From NCBI RefSeq assembly GCF_964355755.1, contig NC_092670.1, forward strand, positions 2,532,201-2,596,200: a DNA stretch of 64,000 bases, read 5' to 3'. Source of the stretch: Antedon mediterranea (taxonomy: Eukaryota > Animalia > Echinodermata). The translations under genes and the position numbers were made by a program. Positions 24,374 to 39,800 of this stretch are shown piece after piece (the first letter of the stretch is position 1; the number at the start of each line of letters is the position of its first letter). The notes beneath the pieces were generated by a model. It was given only the letters and a program-made list of their open reading frames with translations. It was not told the DNA's origin and searched no databases.

Positions 24374-24769
24374 TTAATACAGAGGATCACGACCATATGG
24401 TAAGATTGTATAGAACTAAAGATTATAAATAATCTTCTATCAGCTATGTTAATTGCAAAAGTCACCATTCAATTTCATCATATTTCATTTAGCATTTATG
24501 TAACACAGTTAGCCTACCTTGCCTAGATAGGCCTCTGCTGTTTCCTTCATTTTGGCTAACACCATGGAACTGATTTCCTCAGGGAAAAATGTTTTCTTTT
24601 CGCCTTTGTATTCAACTTGAATCTTAAGCTTGTCGCTTTCTTTCACAACTTTGAAAGGCCACAGCTTCATATCTATTTGTACATCACTTTCTTCAAAACG
24701 TCGACCAATCAAACGCTTAGCAGCTTAAATGTAAGAAAACTTTGATTGAAACTATTTTCCTTAGGGCCT

Positions 24770-26030
24770 AATAATAATAATAATAATAATAACAATAATA
24801 ATAATAATAATAATAATAATTTATTTGGAAAACGCTTTTTGAACAGCGGCACACATAATAATGGTGCATCCTTAAAACAATTAAACATACAATATAAAAA
24901 TATATGAGTATAAAAATAAAGATAGACTAGATTAAAACAGATAATACTCAGATAAGACGGAAGTTCGATAAAACCAAATTAAAAATAAACTGTAATACTA
25001 AAACCAATTAATAATAAATGCTTTATTTCAACACGGAGAACTTGATCACCAAAAGGTGTTTTTCGTCAAGGCCGTGCAAGGCCATAAATTATTCTTAAAA
25101 TGAACAACAAAGGTATATACAGTGTGGTATAAAAACCATAGAGAAATTTTCCCATGATAAAAACATTTTTTTTTAACATACTTTAAGCTACAGTACACAA
25201 TACATTCAAGCAAGTAATAATAATTTGATTCAAAAGTAAAAAGGATTAAATGAATGAACAGAATTTATAAAAAAGAAAAACAACTTAAAATTAAAAGATG
25301 CAAATTCAAGTACTGTATAATATTTAAAAAAAAGATACATCATAAAACATAGAAATTAACCTGCCTACCAAGTCTTGTGCATTTAAATTAAAATATTAAA
25401 ATATTGATTTGTATATCATGCTCTGAAGATGTTGGGGGATTAGGTTACATGACTTTCTCAAGTAAAAAAAAAACAGGCAGGACCTTTTTTTTAACATGAT
25501 TAGTTTACTTCTCCCATGATAAATTTTCATCAATATAGACACCTAAATGTTTACAATTCTTAACCCTTTTTAAACGTTCACCATTTATATTTAAGTAAGA
25601 TCCTTATCTATTAATTTTGCTAATTTGTTGTTAGTCCCAATAAACATACATTCTGTCTTCTTTACATTTAAACTTAGTTTGTTACATGATAGCCAATTTT
25701 GTATATTTCCTAAATCAATATTAATTTTGTTGATGACATCATCTATATCATGAGATGTATAATATAGAGCAGTGTCATCTGCATACATACTGATTTTCAC
25801 ATTAAAAACATCCTTAGGTAGGTCATTTATATAAAGAAGGAACAATAGTGGGCCTATAATGGAGCCTTGGGGTATTCCACATACACAATTGCATTGATTT
25901 GAACCGTACACCATTTACATTTGTGATTTGAGTACGATTGCTCAGGTAATTTTCAAACCAATTTATTACAGAGTTGTCAAGAGAGAAATTTTTTAACTTA
26001 TTTATAAGAATTTGGTGATTTACCGTATCA
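24770..26030 (-). mobile_element. Decayed CR1/L2-group LINE 3' fragment with (TTA)n tail
   Basis: [28 protein letters not shown] motifs (25591-25914) and (TAA)n at 24769-24820. Confidence 0.85.
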
Positions 26031-28345
26031 ATTTAATAAGATTGAAAATTGGTTCTCTTCTAATACATTATTGATTAATACTTCAAAAACAAATTTCATT
26101 ATATTTCACTCCCATCGAAACAGGCATAAATTAAGTAACAAAAACATTCAAGTTGTTCTAAATGGTAAAAATCTGGACCAAAAAGCGAAACTTTATTTCT
26201 TGGAATTTTAATTAATGAAAACTTAAATTGGACCGGTCATCAGAAAAATATTTCAATCAAAATGTCTAAATGCATTGGTGTTATAAACCAGATAAAATAT
26301 TTTTTCCCTCAACACATTTTACTTTCTTTGTATAATTCGCTTATATTACCACATTTACTTTATTGCAATATTATATGGGCAGCTGATTATCCTTCAAATT
26401 TACATAGAATTTTCATTTTACAAAAACGTGTTGTTCGATTATTAAACTTTGAACAATCTACATCTGCATCAGAACCTTTGTTTAAAAAACTTAAAATTTT
26501 AAAAATATATGACCTTCATAAACTTCAAGTTACTTCTTTTATGTTTGAATATTTTACTGGTTTACTACCAAAGTCTGTTTCAATGTTATTTTCAAATCGT
26601 TTATTAGATCATACCTATAACATAAGAAATCCACATAAATTGTATGTTCCATTTGTTAAACTTAGAAAAAGCCAGTTTTTTATTACTTATTTAGGACCAA
26701 CGTATTGGAATAATCTAGATTCAACTGCCATAAATCATTTATATACTGTAAATTTATTTAGAAAGCATATAAAAACCCTTTATTTATCTTGTTACCAAAC
26801 CTACTAAATATGTTGCGCACTGTATAATTTATTTAATTGTATGCGTTGTATTTGTATATTTATACGGTACCGTTCTTATTTTTGTTTGAATTATTATTAC
26901 TAGATGGTACGCTCGCTTCGCTCGCGTACCATCTAGGTCGTGCCCACAGATGGTTTTCGAATATAGGCCTACAGTAATTTCAGCGTAACAAAACTGGTGA
27001 TTTCAAATCTACGTACCGCAGGACTATAATACATTGTCGTTTACAGAAACGAATAAATAGACACGATGATTTATGTAGTCAACTAAAATTAGCACCCTGG
27101 GAATTGCTTCCGAAGGAAAAACTTTTCACAAAATGAGTCCAAATTTTTGATTTGGACTCATTTAAAGAAACCCAATTTGTGTTTTGTATGTAACATTAGG
27201 GTTGAGGGATGGGAAAGCGGATAGGTACAAAGAGGAACAATTTTTAAATATATTCTTTATCCACTCAGTAACGAAATATTTTGTTCATGTTTTATAAGCC
27301 TATACATAATATACCTCTAAATACAGTAAAACATTTGCGATTTAATACTTTGTTAAAACTGTCACTGTCATAATCGATTGAAATATTAAAGTACATGTCA
27401 CGATACACCACTACGACGTTTATATTTTTGGTAATTATTAATTAATACAAACGTTGAGAAGGAACTGTCAGTATAGAGTGTATTTGTATATAATAATGTG
27501 TTTATATATCTAACAGTAGAGCCTATCCACAATGTCAGTAATACAGTTTATTATTATCTAACAGGATGAACATTCACAGTAAGAAATGTTCGATTCAAAT
27601 GAGTTCCAAAAATAGTTATTTACAGTATTGTCAAAGTATTGCAAGTTTATTCTCAAAGGGCCCATATATTTACCTACCGCCGTATGTGTTAAACCAAGGG
27701 CTCATAAATTTATCTACAGTACTTGTGTTAAACCAAACTCTGGCAGACTGAGAGATTGGGATGTTCCATTCATCGCAAATCAATACATTTGTATAATCGT
27801 ATATTAAATCTATAAAAATAGTATTTTTTAAAGAAAATCGGCCTGTCTTCAACATTATGATGGTGTACTCTAGCTGTTCAACCGGTTTTCAGCTATTAAA
27901 AACAATTATCGTAGGAGGAGATAGGAAAATGCGAAGCCTCCTCGCATTTTTGTGGCGGGTATTTTTCAAGATGGACATCCATTAGACAGTGTATACCACG
28001 ATCGAGAAAACACCCCTATTTGGGGCAAATCGTTGGACCTAAATTCGTTTTAATCGTCAATAACTAATTATCTAACTTAATTTAATTAGTAAACAGGGTT
28101 ACATCAGGTGGTTAAAATCAGTACCGAAAGTACGAACCAACTTTATATACCATCGAGTGAAAATTCTAGAAGTAAGGCGCGATTTACCGAATTTTGCCCT
28201 TACGTAAATTTATATATAGATTATTTTAGGGGTCAATGTGAGACAAGTTCTACTTCTAATTTTGATCCCTAAGATGGTCTTATATTAATTGTTTATTATT
28301 GTTTATTGTAATATTGTTTGTTATATATTGTGACCATCTTAAATA
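26030..28345 (+). mobile_element. CR1/L2-group LINE 3' fragment, split by a Helitron
   Basis: Post-RT domain LYNSLILPHLLYCNIIWA..LQKRVVR..GPTYWN (26262-26807). A 3'-UTR-like stretch resumes at 28221 after the Helitron. Confidence 0.75.
26900..28220 (-). mobile_element. Non-autonomous Helitron in Hsp70 intron 1
   Basis: A|TCTATATATA 5' end and 3' hairpin CTAGATGGTACGCGAGCGAAGCGAGCGTACCATCTAG|T. AT target, no TSD. Homologous to 49976-51750. Confidence 0.88.
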
Positions 28346-30875
28346 AATGTATTATTGAACTGAAAAGCTTTCTTAAGGTCTATCATAACAATCCAATATA
28401 TTTTCCTGAATCAATGCTATTTATCAAATCCTAAACATCAATTAAAGAAAAATTTGTTGAAAATCCTGGTCTAAAACCAGATTGATGTTCATAGATCATA
28501 TTATTTAAATTTAAGAAAGGATAAATTTGGTCAAACACAGTCCATTCAAGTATTTTTGACAAAATTGGTAAAATTGAAATCGGCCTGTAATTACTAGGTT
28601 CAGTTTTGTCACCACTTTTAAATACAATTTTTTTAAATGGAATCTTGAAATAAAAGTATTAGTACAGTGTAAATGAAAAAAATTATGTTTTAAAAAGTAT
28701 TACCAAAAATGGTATTGGCTGGGTTTCTAGTTGCTTGGTTCTTGGCAGCATCACCAATCAACCTTTCACTATCTGTGAATGCGACAAAACTTGGTGTTTT
28801 TTTGTTTCCCTCATCATTGGCAATGATTTCTACCTTTCCATGTTGGAATACTCCTACACACGAGTATGTTGTACCCAAGTCAATACCAATTGCAGTTTTA
28901 GACATGTTTGCTAGTTAACTGACTGTAAATAGAATTTTATTTTATACACATAACTCATTAAGGCATTAAAAAAAGCGAGTTATACCTGTACTTTCATTGC
29001 CATTACCATAAATTAGATAATAACCATGGGTTACTATTCTTTTTTTCGATTCTCTTTTTAGGATGGGTTACTATTACAGTTGCTACAGTATTACTAAACT
29101 TAATCTGTAGTAGAGACTTGGAAACAGCTTTTTGTAAGCTGTATCACTAAATCATGGAATCATGATTTAACTTTATTTTACCTAATAATTGCTGGATTTC
29201 TAACTATCAGATAGCAGATACTTATGTTAACGTTGAAGGATAAAAGAGTCTGCAAACATGTTCGAAATTCGAAAAAATATGAATCATCCAATTGAAATAT
29301 CCTTATTTTGAATTAAAATTGGAACTGTGATTTGCTTATACAGTTAGTATATCAACAAAATCACATTGGAAAAAATAATAAATGTATGTTTATACTTTAC
29401 CGTACTAAAATAACTTGTCTGTACTGTGCGTATAGCCAGCAATGTATGCACTACTACTAATATAATTATACATAGGGTATTAGGTGTGGCCAACAATACA
29501 TATTTACAAATACAAAGTTCAGCATGATAATGATGATGCTTTAACAATTAATTAAAAGTACATGAACCAAAGGGACCTTGGCGATTTTATAGATTGTAAA
29601 CAAATCGGATCACCTAATGTTTTATGCAAGCAGAAGTATTGTCAATATAAACTGCTATTAAACTAAGTTTAATCCATCAAAATCAAAAGACCCACAGTTA
29701 TGATTTTTACTAATAAAAAAAAATGTTATCAAGTATAGTAGTTGCTTTGTTTGTTTGTTTGTTTGTTTGTTAGCACAATAGCGTTAGGTATCATTCTGGA
29801 TTTTTTAGTGTAGGTATATAGGTATATACTTTGAGACCATGCCTATTGAAATTTAAGAAAATTGGTTTAATAATAATTTAATAAATAACAAAAATGATAG
29901 TATGTTCAGACCAGCTAGTGGTAAAAGATAGGAGACAAGTTTCAAAAGCTGGTGAGCAGTCTTAAAGTAACAAGTAAACTGAAATTGCATTTTTTCGAGA
30001 ACTACTTGTTCATAAAACTTCACTTTTTGTACAAAAGGCAAGAGTTATAATTTGTGATTTGTAATTTTAAAACATAATTTTTTTTTAATGTACAGGTTTT
30101 AACAAAACAAATTCACCAGCTTGATTTTGGCGTTGCTGTTTTATTTAAAGTAAACTATTGTTAGTTGATAATTAGTTTTTTAGTACCGAAATATGTGTCA
30201 TTCCTTATTTCATTCTGTACATAGGTATATACTTACAGAACATGCATTTTCAGGAAAATTAATTGGTCATATTCTTTTAATATGGACAAGACACTCCTCG
30301 ATCATTATTCTGGTCAATCTTGATATCAGAAAGGTAACGATTGCAATACCAGAGTTTGTTTGTGTTATAATTATTTAAACAAATTATAAACCCCAGCAGG
30401 ATTTGAACCATGTAAAAGCTAATGCCTAAAGCAAAAAATGTATCTTTCAACATGCTCCCTATCAGTGGATATGTTTTGCCAAGTACTTCACTGGGTTTCT
30501 GAGTGCTTTCATTTGTTTGATGTTATTGTTCAGTAACAAGCATGTGGGAGATAATTTGGGCCATTCCAAGAGTCTGAGAGTTGATTTATTGTTATAATTT
30601 GTTTAAAAACAACCAGTTACCTAAACTCTGTACCACACCATCATAATTAAATATTGTATTCCGAGTTGGAAAGTAAAACAAAAACACACAAAAATAAATT
30701 CAGAATGCAAAGTGACATTTTATCTATCTTTATAATGTAATTAGTTTAATATCTTTCAATCATCCTGACTTCGTAACTAGCACAATCATTCTAATTTTTA
30801 GAGAAGTTTGAGTTTATGAATCATTCAATGTAGCTCATTGGATAAATCATCCTGATTAATCTAGGAGCTGATTGG

Positions 30876-33800
30876 CTATTTGTCTTCTTGATTCATCAGA
30901 GCAGCTTGCACTGACAATGCAGCTCCTGTACTAACTTCATCTTCATCTTTCTGTTATTTTAAAGAAATATTCAGTGTTAGGATCAATTCAATTCAATTCA
31001 ATTCAATTCATCGACATTTTTATTCCATAATCAAAATAAAAACATATACAAATACAATACAAATAATAAGATAATGGAATGGGATACAAAATAAGCACAA
31101 GTGCTTTAAGCATGTAACCCTAACAAAAAGATCAAACAATTAGTACAAACAAAAAGAACAAACCAAAATAACATAATGTGATTTACTTAACTTAAATATT
31201 TCTATTGTTATAATATTGCTTTAATCTCTGTTTAAACAAACTTAAAGTGGGGGATTGTTTTATATAGTCTGTTAAATTGTTCCAAATATGTGTTCCTTGG
31301 TAGGAAATACATTGCTGTCCGACTTTGGTGCGTTTTAGTTGTGGACAGTAGTTTGACCTGTTTCTAGTTGAGTAATTATGGAATGAGGCAGATGTACTAA
31401 ATAAGTTATTAAATGATTCAGGTAATAGATTATGTTTATATTGATACATAAATATAGCAGTGTGTTTCGTATAAAGGTCAAAAATATTTAATGTTTGGGT
31501 TGAAATAAAAAGTGGATGAGAAGGATGCATAAAATGAACATGACAAATATTTCTAAGTGCTTTTTTCTGGAGAATATGTATACGGTTTAAGTTTGTAGCA
31601 GAAGTAGCACCCCATACTGTGATAGCATACGTTATTCTAGGTAATATAAGTGCATTGTATACCGTTAACAAGATTTTACTTGATAACATAGACTTCACTT
31701 TGTTTAAGACACCAATTATTCTAGAAATACTGTTTGCTACCTCATTTACATGAAAATTAAACGATAAAGTTTCATCCAGAAATAAGCCTAGAAATTTAAC
31801 TTCAGTAGCTTTTACTATACATTCATTTCCCATCCTCAATTCTAGTGAGGTAGTGTCAGCTGACTTATTTCTAGCCTTAAATATAACATATTTTGATTTG
31901 TTTACATTTAGCGTTAATTTGTTAGCAATAAACCAGTCCGAAAGTATAGATAACTCCTGGTTCATTGTATCAAAAGCTTGAGTAATATCATTGTGACTAT
32001 AAAACACATTTGTGTCATCTGCATACATAATCATGTCTACATGGTTACATGCTAGACTAATATCATTAATGAATATAAGAAATAATAATGGACCCAATAT
32101 GGATCCCTGAGGAACTCCAGTGTTTACTGTCATTTTACTAGATGCAGTATTAACAATAAATGTGTATTGTAGTCTTTTTTTAAGATAGTTTGAGAACCAG
32201 TTTAGCGGAACTCCTCTTATACCATAAAATCTTAACTTATCTAATAATACATCATGATCGATTGTATCAAACGCTTTTGATAAATCAAGGAAAACTCCTA
32301 GTGTGAACTCTTTATTCTCAATAGCGTTTGTGATTTTTTCAATCGATTGTATTAAAGCATGACTAGTTGAATGGTGTTGTCTAAATCCATACTGTGTTTT
32401 ACTCAGTACGTTATATTTTGAGAGGTAACAAATCGTTTGATCATACACAATCCTCTCAAATATTTTGGAAAAAAAAGGTAAAATGGAAATAGGCCGATAA
32501 TTATTTATATCGGAGATGTCACCATTCTTAAATACCGGGATAACTTTAGCAATTTTTATATCAGCCGGGACACAGCCCGATGATAATGACGTATTAATAA
32601 TATGCAATAAAGGTTTTAAAATAAACGGGGAAGCAGATTTTATGAGTTGGGCACTTATACCATCATGGCCAGGAGAAGTATTCTTTGTGTTTTTAATATA
32701 GTGGTTAAGTTCATGTTCAGTAACAGGCTTAAAAAACATTGAAGAGGTAAAATTTCCCTTTAAGAAAGTTCTGTGGGTGATTTCTTCATTTTGAGATTCA
32801 TGCCTAAATTTATTATTTAGTTTTTCTCCAATATTAATAAAAAAAGAGTTGAATGCATCAGCTTTCTCATCATTATGAGAGAAAGTCTCAGTACCCAATT
32901 TTATTTTTGTAGGCAAATTGGTAGTCTTTTTCCTACCCATTATATCATTTAGGATTGTCCACGTTTTTTTAATATCTTGTTTATTTCGTTCAAACTGGAC
33001 CATATAATATTCTTTTTTCCGATTTCTAATAGTAGTGGTTAACTTGTTTCTAAAATGTATGTACGTACTTTTATTAGTAGTGGTGTTATTTTGTTTGTAC
33101 TTTTTATATAATTTATGTTTTTGAGAGATAGCTCTGGCAATTTCAGCTGTGATCCAAGGAGATTTTAACTTGTTCGCCTTATTTCTAATTCGTTTTAAAG
33201 GGAAACAATTATCAATTGTTTTATTTAAAGTGTTTGTAAAATTTTGATAAGCAACATTCGCATTATTTGAGAATAGCACATCATTCCACTGATTACTTTG
33301 TAATTCTTGCAAAAAATACTCCGTTTGTTGAGGAGAGTATTGTCGTTTATATACAAATCGAGGATATTGCTTATTATGTTTTTCCAAAGTATCTACACAG
33401 AATATTGGGAAGTGATCAGAAATATCAGTACAGTATTACCATATTACTATCATTCAATATCGTGTATAGTCTACTGCTGTGTATCTTTATCATTGTCATA
33501 TCTTCATAGTCAATATTACTCTGTATCATCAGTCAATATCATGACCATTCTTCATTTTGTCGTCAATATGACATCATGATCAAGAGTGCTACTTACCAAT
33601 AATTCTAAGACCAGTAAATCACTCAGCCGTTTCACTTCTCTAGGTTTTGCCATTAACAGCTTTTCTTTTCTAAAAAATAAAATAATAAATTATTTTAATA
33701 AATTAAAAACATTTCTCTTTTTCAACCTACTCCTGTGCCGCCTCCTCAGTTTATGCCATGTGTAATTTGGTTTAAGCAAAATTAACGTACATGAAGGCAG

Positions 33801-36800
33801 GAGGACCTGATACCATCCCACCCAGAGTCCTTCGGAAATTTGCTTTTGAACTTAAGCTTTGTCTACACTATCAAACTAGTTTGACAAAAAATATGGTAGT
33901 GATATGCCCAGATATGGTAATGATATGACATCATCATGTCCATGGGCACAACAGTTTTGAATAAAGCGGCACACTCGTGGTTGTTAAAGCCAGTTTGTTA
34001 ATAAAAAGGATCAAACTGGACATTGTGACATTTTGTATCGTTAATTACTATATTGCGTGGAAATGGCGGCTCTATTGATCTTATTGCATGTCACAATAAA
34101 AGTGTATCTTGTTTACCTTTGATTTCATACTAACCTCCTCTTCTTTTGTGTTTGAGTTGTGTATCTCATGTTTATATTATTACCTGTTATCTCTCCCCAG
34201 GTGTCATCAGGAGATATGGCTGTTATTTGTGTGGCAATTATCATTTGTGATTCACTTCCCTCAACTTTACCCTTCTTTACCTTTGATTATACAATACTAA
34301 CCTCAAATGACTCTTTGTATTTGATTTTGAGTAATTTATCTCATGTCAATATTATATAATTATCTCTCACCAGGTAACACATCAGGTTTTGAATAGTTGC
34401 TTGGCTACACTTATTTTTCACTATACAATTCCAATTCTTTTATCTGTACAATATCCCTTTAGTTTTGATTATGGCAAATGAGTAGTTTATGCTCATGTTT
34501 ATATACCTTTGATTATCTCTGTCTGTCTTCAACCCGCACACAAGTGGCAAATATAGAAATGTATTAGCTAGGGCCAACATTATGTGTTATGTTACCTTCT
34601 CTCAACTTTATACTTCTTTCCTGAAACTATTCAACTAAACACTTCTGGTTTGTTTGGACCTATTCCACATTCCACAACTGAGCTGTGTAATTTAAGTGTC
34701 CTTCAGTAGTATTATCTTATTTTAAAATTTCCTTTTCTTTTGTTTTGTACTATGATTATTTATGTATGTTTATGATTACGTGAATGGAAAGAAAGAAAGA
34801 AAGAATACTATTACCTCAATAGGCTTTTTCTGTTTTCCTTCTGTTTGGTCAAAAACTGAGCGTGCTCTCTAAGCCCCTCCTCGTGCATTTCCTGGTAATT
34901 TTGGTCTAGTTCACGAATACTGTGATACGTCTCATTTATAAGTTCTCTGTATGTTGGCGCATTTAAAGTGTGATCAGTTAAGGACAAATTATTTGATTTA
35001 TTAACTACGAAGTAGCTTTGCATCAGGGAGCTAAGTTTACCCTATTATATATATATATTCTGGTATATTGTACTTTATACTACATTTGAGAATTACTCAA
35101 GGGTTTTCAAATGTACTTTAATAGTATGAATAATTTATAAGCAGTTGCTGTTGTAAAATCATTACAATAAAATAAACAAATAAAGCAACATACATTTCTA
35201 AATAAAAATATTATTTTATATATTAGTTTACTTTAAAGATTGTATTTAATTGAAAAAATATCTTGTTATAAAAAATGATGTTTTACATTCAGTGGCACAG
35301 GGTACAATGGACCCCACTTCTAAGGGGCCCTCCAATGCTGGCTTTGTTGTATTGGACTGCTCATGCTTTAAGGCCTTGGGTCCAGTAAGTGCTCATAGCT
35401 ATTACGCCACTGTTTACATTGTGCACTGGGTCGTTTTACACTAATTCCAACAGTTGCATTTTTCTGAATAAAATTTTAAAAAGTATTCTAAAAAATTTTG
35501 AAAATGTTAAGCGCGCATACGCATGCGTTACATGCGCTACGCACGTAATTGTATTGCCATATGATAATTTATGCCCTGAAATGTATGAGTACCAAATTTT
35601 ATTTAATTGAGATTCATGCTGGTGAAGATATGATTACAAACGTGATTTTGTTAAATCGTGCGTACACCGCGTAATTTTTTATTGCGCACCGTGAAAACGT
35701 AATCGATTCCTGGCCATAAGGGAATATACTGTGAAAAATTGACTTAGCTAAATTAAACTGATATCAAGATAAGGTCAGAAAGCGATAAAACGCATAGTGA
35801 TACCAGACCGACCGACCGACATAGTGAACTATAGAGTCGCGTCCACGCGACTAAAAATGTCAATATGTTATTTTGCAGATATAGCCAAGTCCTGAAAAAT
35901 TATGCTGGAATTTGGTCAACTACCTATTTCTGCTTCCAACTGATCATCAATAAAAGTACTGATGAAGTGAATAGTGAAAATAGAATGTTGCCAAGACTAA
36001 AGGATTGTAGGACTAATAGACCCAGGACAACTACATACTAGGTAATATATGGTAAAAAGGATATGGAGGAAGACTCTTGATTTCTGTACGTTGTAAGTAG
36101 ATGTCCATGCCAGCTCTTTTGTCTAACTTCTTTTGTCGCATAAAATGTTGCATCAAGGGACTCTGACCACACACGTTGAACGCACTTTTGGAAAACTGCG
36201 TACTCTCTCTCATAAACTGGATGTGACTAAGAAATAAATGAAGAAAAACAGTGTGAAAAAATGTTCCAAAGGTTTCCAAAGGTCATGAAACAATGAGCTT
36301 ACTGTAATGTTCTTGTTTTGAACTATCAGCATTGACAAGGTTTCTGCATAATAACGATTTAATTTGTATATATGCAGGTGTTTCTGCTACATTGTAGGAG
36401 CAGTTACATGAAACGTTGTAAATCCATACCAAAAAAAACTTTTGTTAAAACAAATTCCATACCTCTGGTGACAATGGTCTCTCCCTTCCTTTTAGTGACA
36501 CTGTTGACGATTGCTTTAATGATGTGCTCTTGTCTGCTTTTTTCTTTCCCTCCAAACCTGCCTCAGACTTCTTTTTCAAACTACTCTGGCTATTTGATGT
36601 TTTGCTACTCTTCACCGTCTTTTGACTTAGAAGACTTCCTGATGCATCTGAAACATTTTCTGTGATTGGCTGCAAAGTCTTCTGACCTTTAACCTCCAAC
36701 TTTTGAGACTGTTCATGTTTACTGGTTTTTTGAGCATTTGAAATAGCTGTGATTGTTTTTGGGTCAGAGTCGATTCCTGCTACACCAATATGGTCTATTG

Positions 36801-39800
36801 ATGCTTTTCTCTGTGACATCAAATGTGATGTTTGTGAATTCTTTCTGGATGTGTCTTCGTCGTGCATGGATGATCCTGGAGTTTCAAATTCAAAGCTAAA
36901 ACCACGTCCTGCAATTACAATTTGTTTATTTTATTTTTTGCTCATAAAGATCACAAATTACAATATTGAACATCAAAGACATAACGAGGAGACAAACAAA
37001 TAAAAATGATGGTACATCAAGAAAATGAAAAAAAAAGGACAAAGGACGGAAAGAATTGGACGCATGACAAATAGGATCATTATAAGAACATAAAGTAACA
37101 ACTCAAATATGCAGAAGTCTTCCACACTGGTCAAGATTTTTGTACGAACCTATTCAGTTATTGTTTTTTTTTTAAGGAATTGTACAGTAACTCTCATTGT
37201 CATTTAAAAAAAAATAATTCTCTGTATTTGGAAGTTTAAAAAACTGAGACTGATGGAACTGTTTGATTGTTTTAATTCTAATACCTTTTTTGGAATCTTT
37301 TTGTATAATTTCAGCCTTCCTCATATCTGTTGGTTCAAGAGCATTATAATTCCATTTCATCCATGTTCGGGGCACAACTTTAGTTCCAGCAATCCATTGA
37401 GAGGTCAACATGCAAAGGTCTTCTTTAAAGTCATCGTTGAACTGCCGCCAGGAGTCTGGAAATGCTTCGCAGAAGCAGCAGTAGACAGACTGTGCTAGAA
37501 GATCAGGGTAGGCCTAGAGAAGTAATAAAGTCAATTTCAAATTGTTCGTATGCATTGAAAGAAAATGTTTATATCAGTCAATTATCCCATTTGGCATAGG
37601 TGTGTGTCACCATGATTAAAGCTCTGTCTACACTATCAAACTTTATGTGACAAAAAAAGTGATGTGCCCATATATGGACATGATGATGTCATATCACTAC
37701 CATATTTGGGCACATCACACATTTTTGTCACATAAAGTTTGATAGTGTAGACAGAGCTTTAAATATGGTAAAAATGCAATTACTGCATTGAAAGAAAATG
37801 TAAATAAATTCTCCTGAAACACATTTTATAGATGTTTTGTATACTGTGTGTCATCTAGTTTAAAACAAGATTTAAATTAATGACTGTAAAAAAAATCTCT
37901 TGTTACCTTAAAGAATACATCTCTATATTTAGGGTGTTTAGCATATAGTAACAGCTTTGCATAGTTGTGTGCCACCCGATTGAATATTTTTTCTTGATAT
38001 GTTTTGCTTGGATGATAGCGATGTAAAAAAAACCACCAAAACAAATCCTGAATGAAAAATATTAATCTTAATCTATAAACCTAAGTTAATTTCTGATAGT
38101 AAAAAAAAGAGTTTTTGGAATGTAGCAACAAGCAAAGGCATATTGTTTGATGCAGGTTATAACTTAAAAATAGATTTTGTTTTGATAAGTTGTAAGCTTA
38201 GCTAATATGCAGTTACTCATTTTTTAATTTAGAAAATGCAGCTGCACCAACAAGGCCTTGCTATTCACTCTTTTAAATCAACTAAAACACATACTGGATT
38301 TCAAGTTATAATATTTCATAAAAAAGAAAAGGTCTTTTGTCGTTTGATTAAGGTAAGTGACACAAATCTCGGGTTCTATTTCTAAAAACCCGACATCTGG
38401 AGTGAACACTGTGGCTCCGTTTTACAAGGGATGTATCATAGACTCTGTATTAATGAAAACAGTCAAGTGTACTGCTTGATGTTGTAATTTAGTGTTGTAT
38501 CCAATCAGAACATTTCCTAATAACGGGAGAATGATAAAACCTCTACTGTAATGATAATCATTGTCATGTGTCTGAACACCTTTGTTTTTTGTCTCTGAGG
38601 GTTCAATTTGACCTTGTTATCAGCATTGTACACTAATACACCATAACTCTATTGGTGTAAACATCTAGGTTTTTAGCAGCATTTATTAATGATCATTGTG
38701 TCAATGTGTACACAATACCTACCACCAGAATGGCCTCGGACATCTTAGAAAAGAAGAGGCGTTGGAACTCTGCTTTGTATTGATGTTTCTTGCTTAGACC
38801 AGTCTGCGCATTTGTTACTCTTTCCAGCATTTTGAGTACGTCAACATACGGTATTGGCGTCAGTCGGTCTTTCTCAAAACCAGGATACTGGTGTAACTGT
38901 GTGTCAAAGGTACATAAAACATATAATATGTCAAAGGTCAATAAAGGTCATAAAGGATATACAATGTACAGTATGATCAATTGGAAATTAGATTGTGTAA
39001 AATCTAATTTCCAATAATTGTATGGCTTTGTATTAATCTTGCAAATTAAAAGAAATTGGTAGCTCAGAAGAACAAAATATAATAACCCTGGTGGTAGTGG
39101 TCTTTTACAAACAAGTATTATTGACAAATTATACCCTTTTCACACCTGCCAAAAGTAACAAGTTGTAATAAGTTGTAACTAAGGTTTCAATAGTGTAAAG
39201 ACAATTTTCTGGAAAATCTCCTGAATCTCGGGAGAAAAACACATCAACAAGAGGCCCGTTTTTTTAGTTCCAAGTTGTTGCTGCGTGCACGTGCATGCCC
39301 TGTTATCAAACTGACCAATCATCTAGTAATCAAATAGGACGCAACTATGCTTTCTCCAGAGATTGAAAAACATGTAATAAATTGGGAGATCAAACCTGGT
39401 TACAAGTTGATAACAGTTTATGTGAAAAGGTATAAAACTAAATTCATAACACTAACCTCCACTAGTTTTGGTCTGGTACTGGATGCCTTCTCTTTTGGCT
39501 TAACACAAACACACAAAATAACTTTAGTATCAATAAGCAATATTGTTATACAATATACAGTATTTTACAGCTCTATATAATAAATAATATCTTTTAATTA
39601 GTCTCCCTGATAAATTTAATACATTTAAGATGTTTTTTTTTAGTTGTTCAATTATATATTATTAGAATAATAATAACAAATTAGCACAAAAAAAAAAACA
39701 GATAAGAAATTATTTTACTTGTTTGCTCTTAGACTTGCCCCAAGTCTGTATTCATTGTCTTTTTTTTTATTTATTTGTTTTTATTTCGATTTTTGTCTGA

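Larger units (their letters stand above)
34968..36064 (-). other. U12-type AT-AC intron
   Basis: Donor ATATCCTTTT, branch point TCCTTAAC 9 nt before the junction, terminal AC. Splicing gives ..EIKSLPP|LNAPTYRELI. Confidence 0.9.

Noticed and set aside
29258-29278. Heat-shock element upstream of Hsp70
   Set aside because: TTCGAAATTCGAA lacks the nGAAnnTTCn spacing, and the transcription start is unknown because an acceptor precedes the ATG.
34811-35040. GT-AG exon beginning near 35040 (ORF MQSYFVVNK..)
   Set aside because: The upstream part is intron containing the U12 branch point. The exon begins at 34967 after the AC acceptor.
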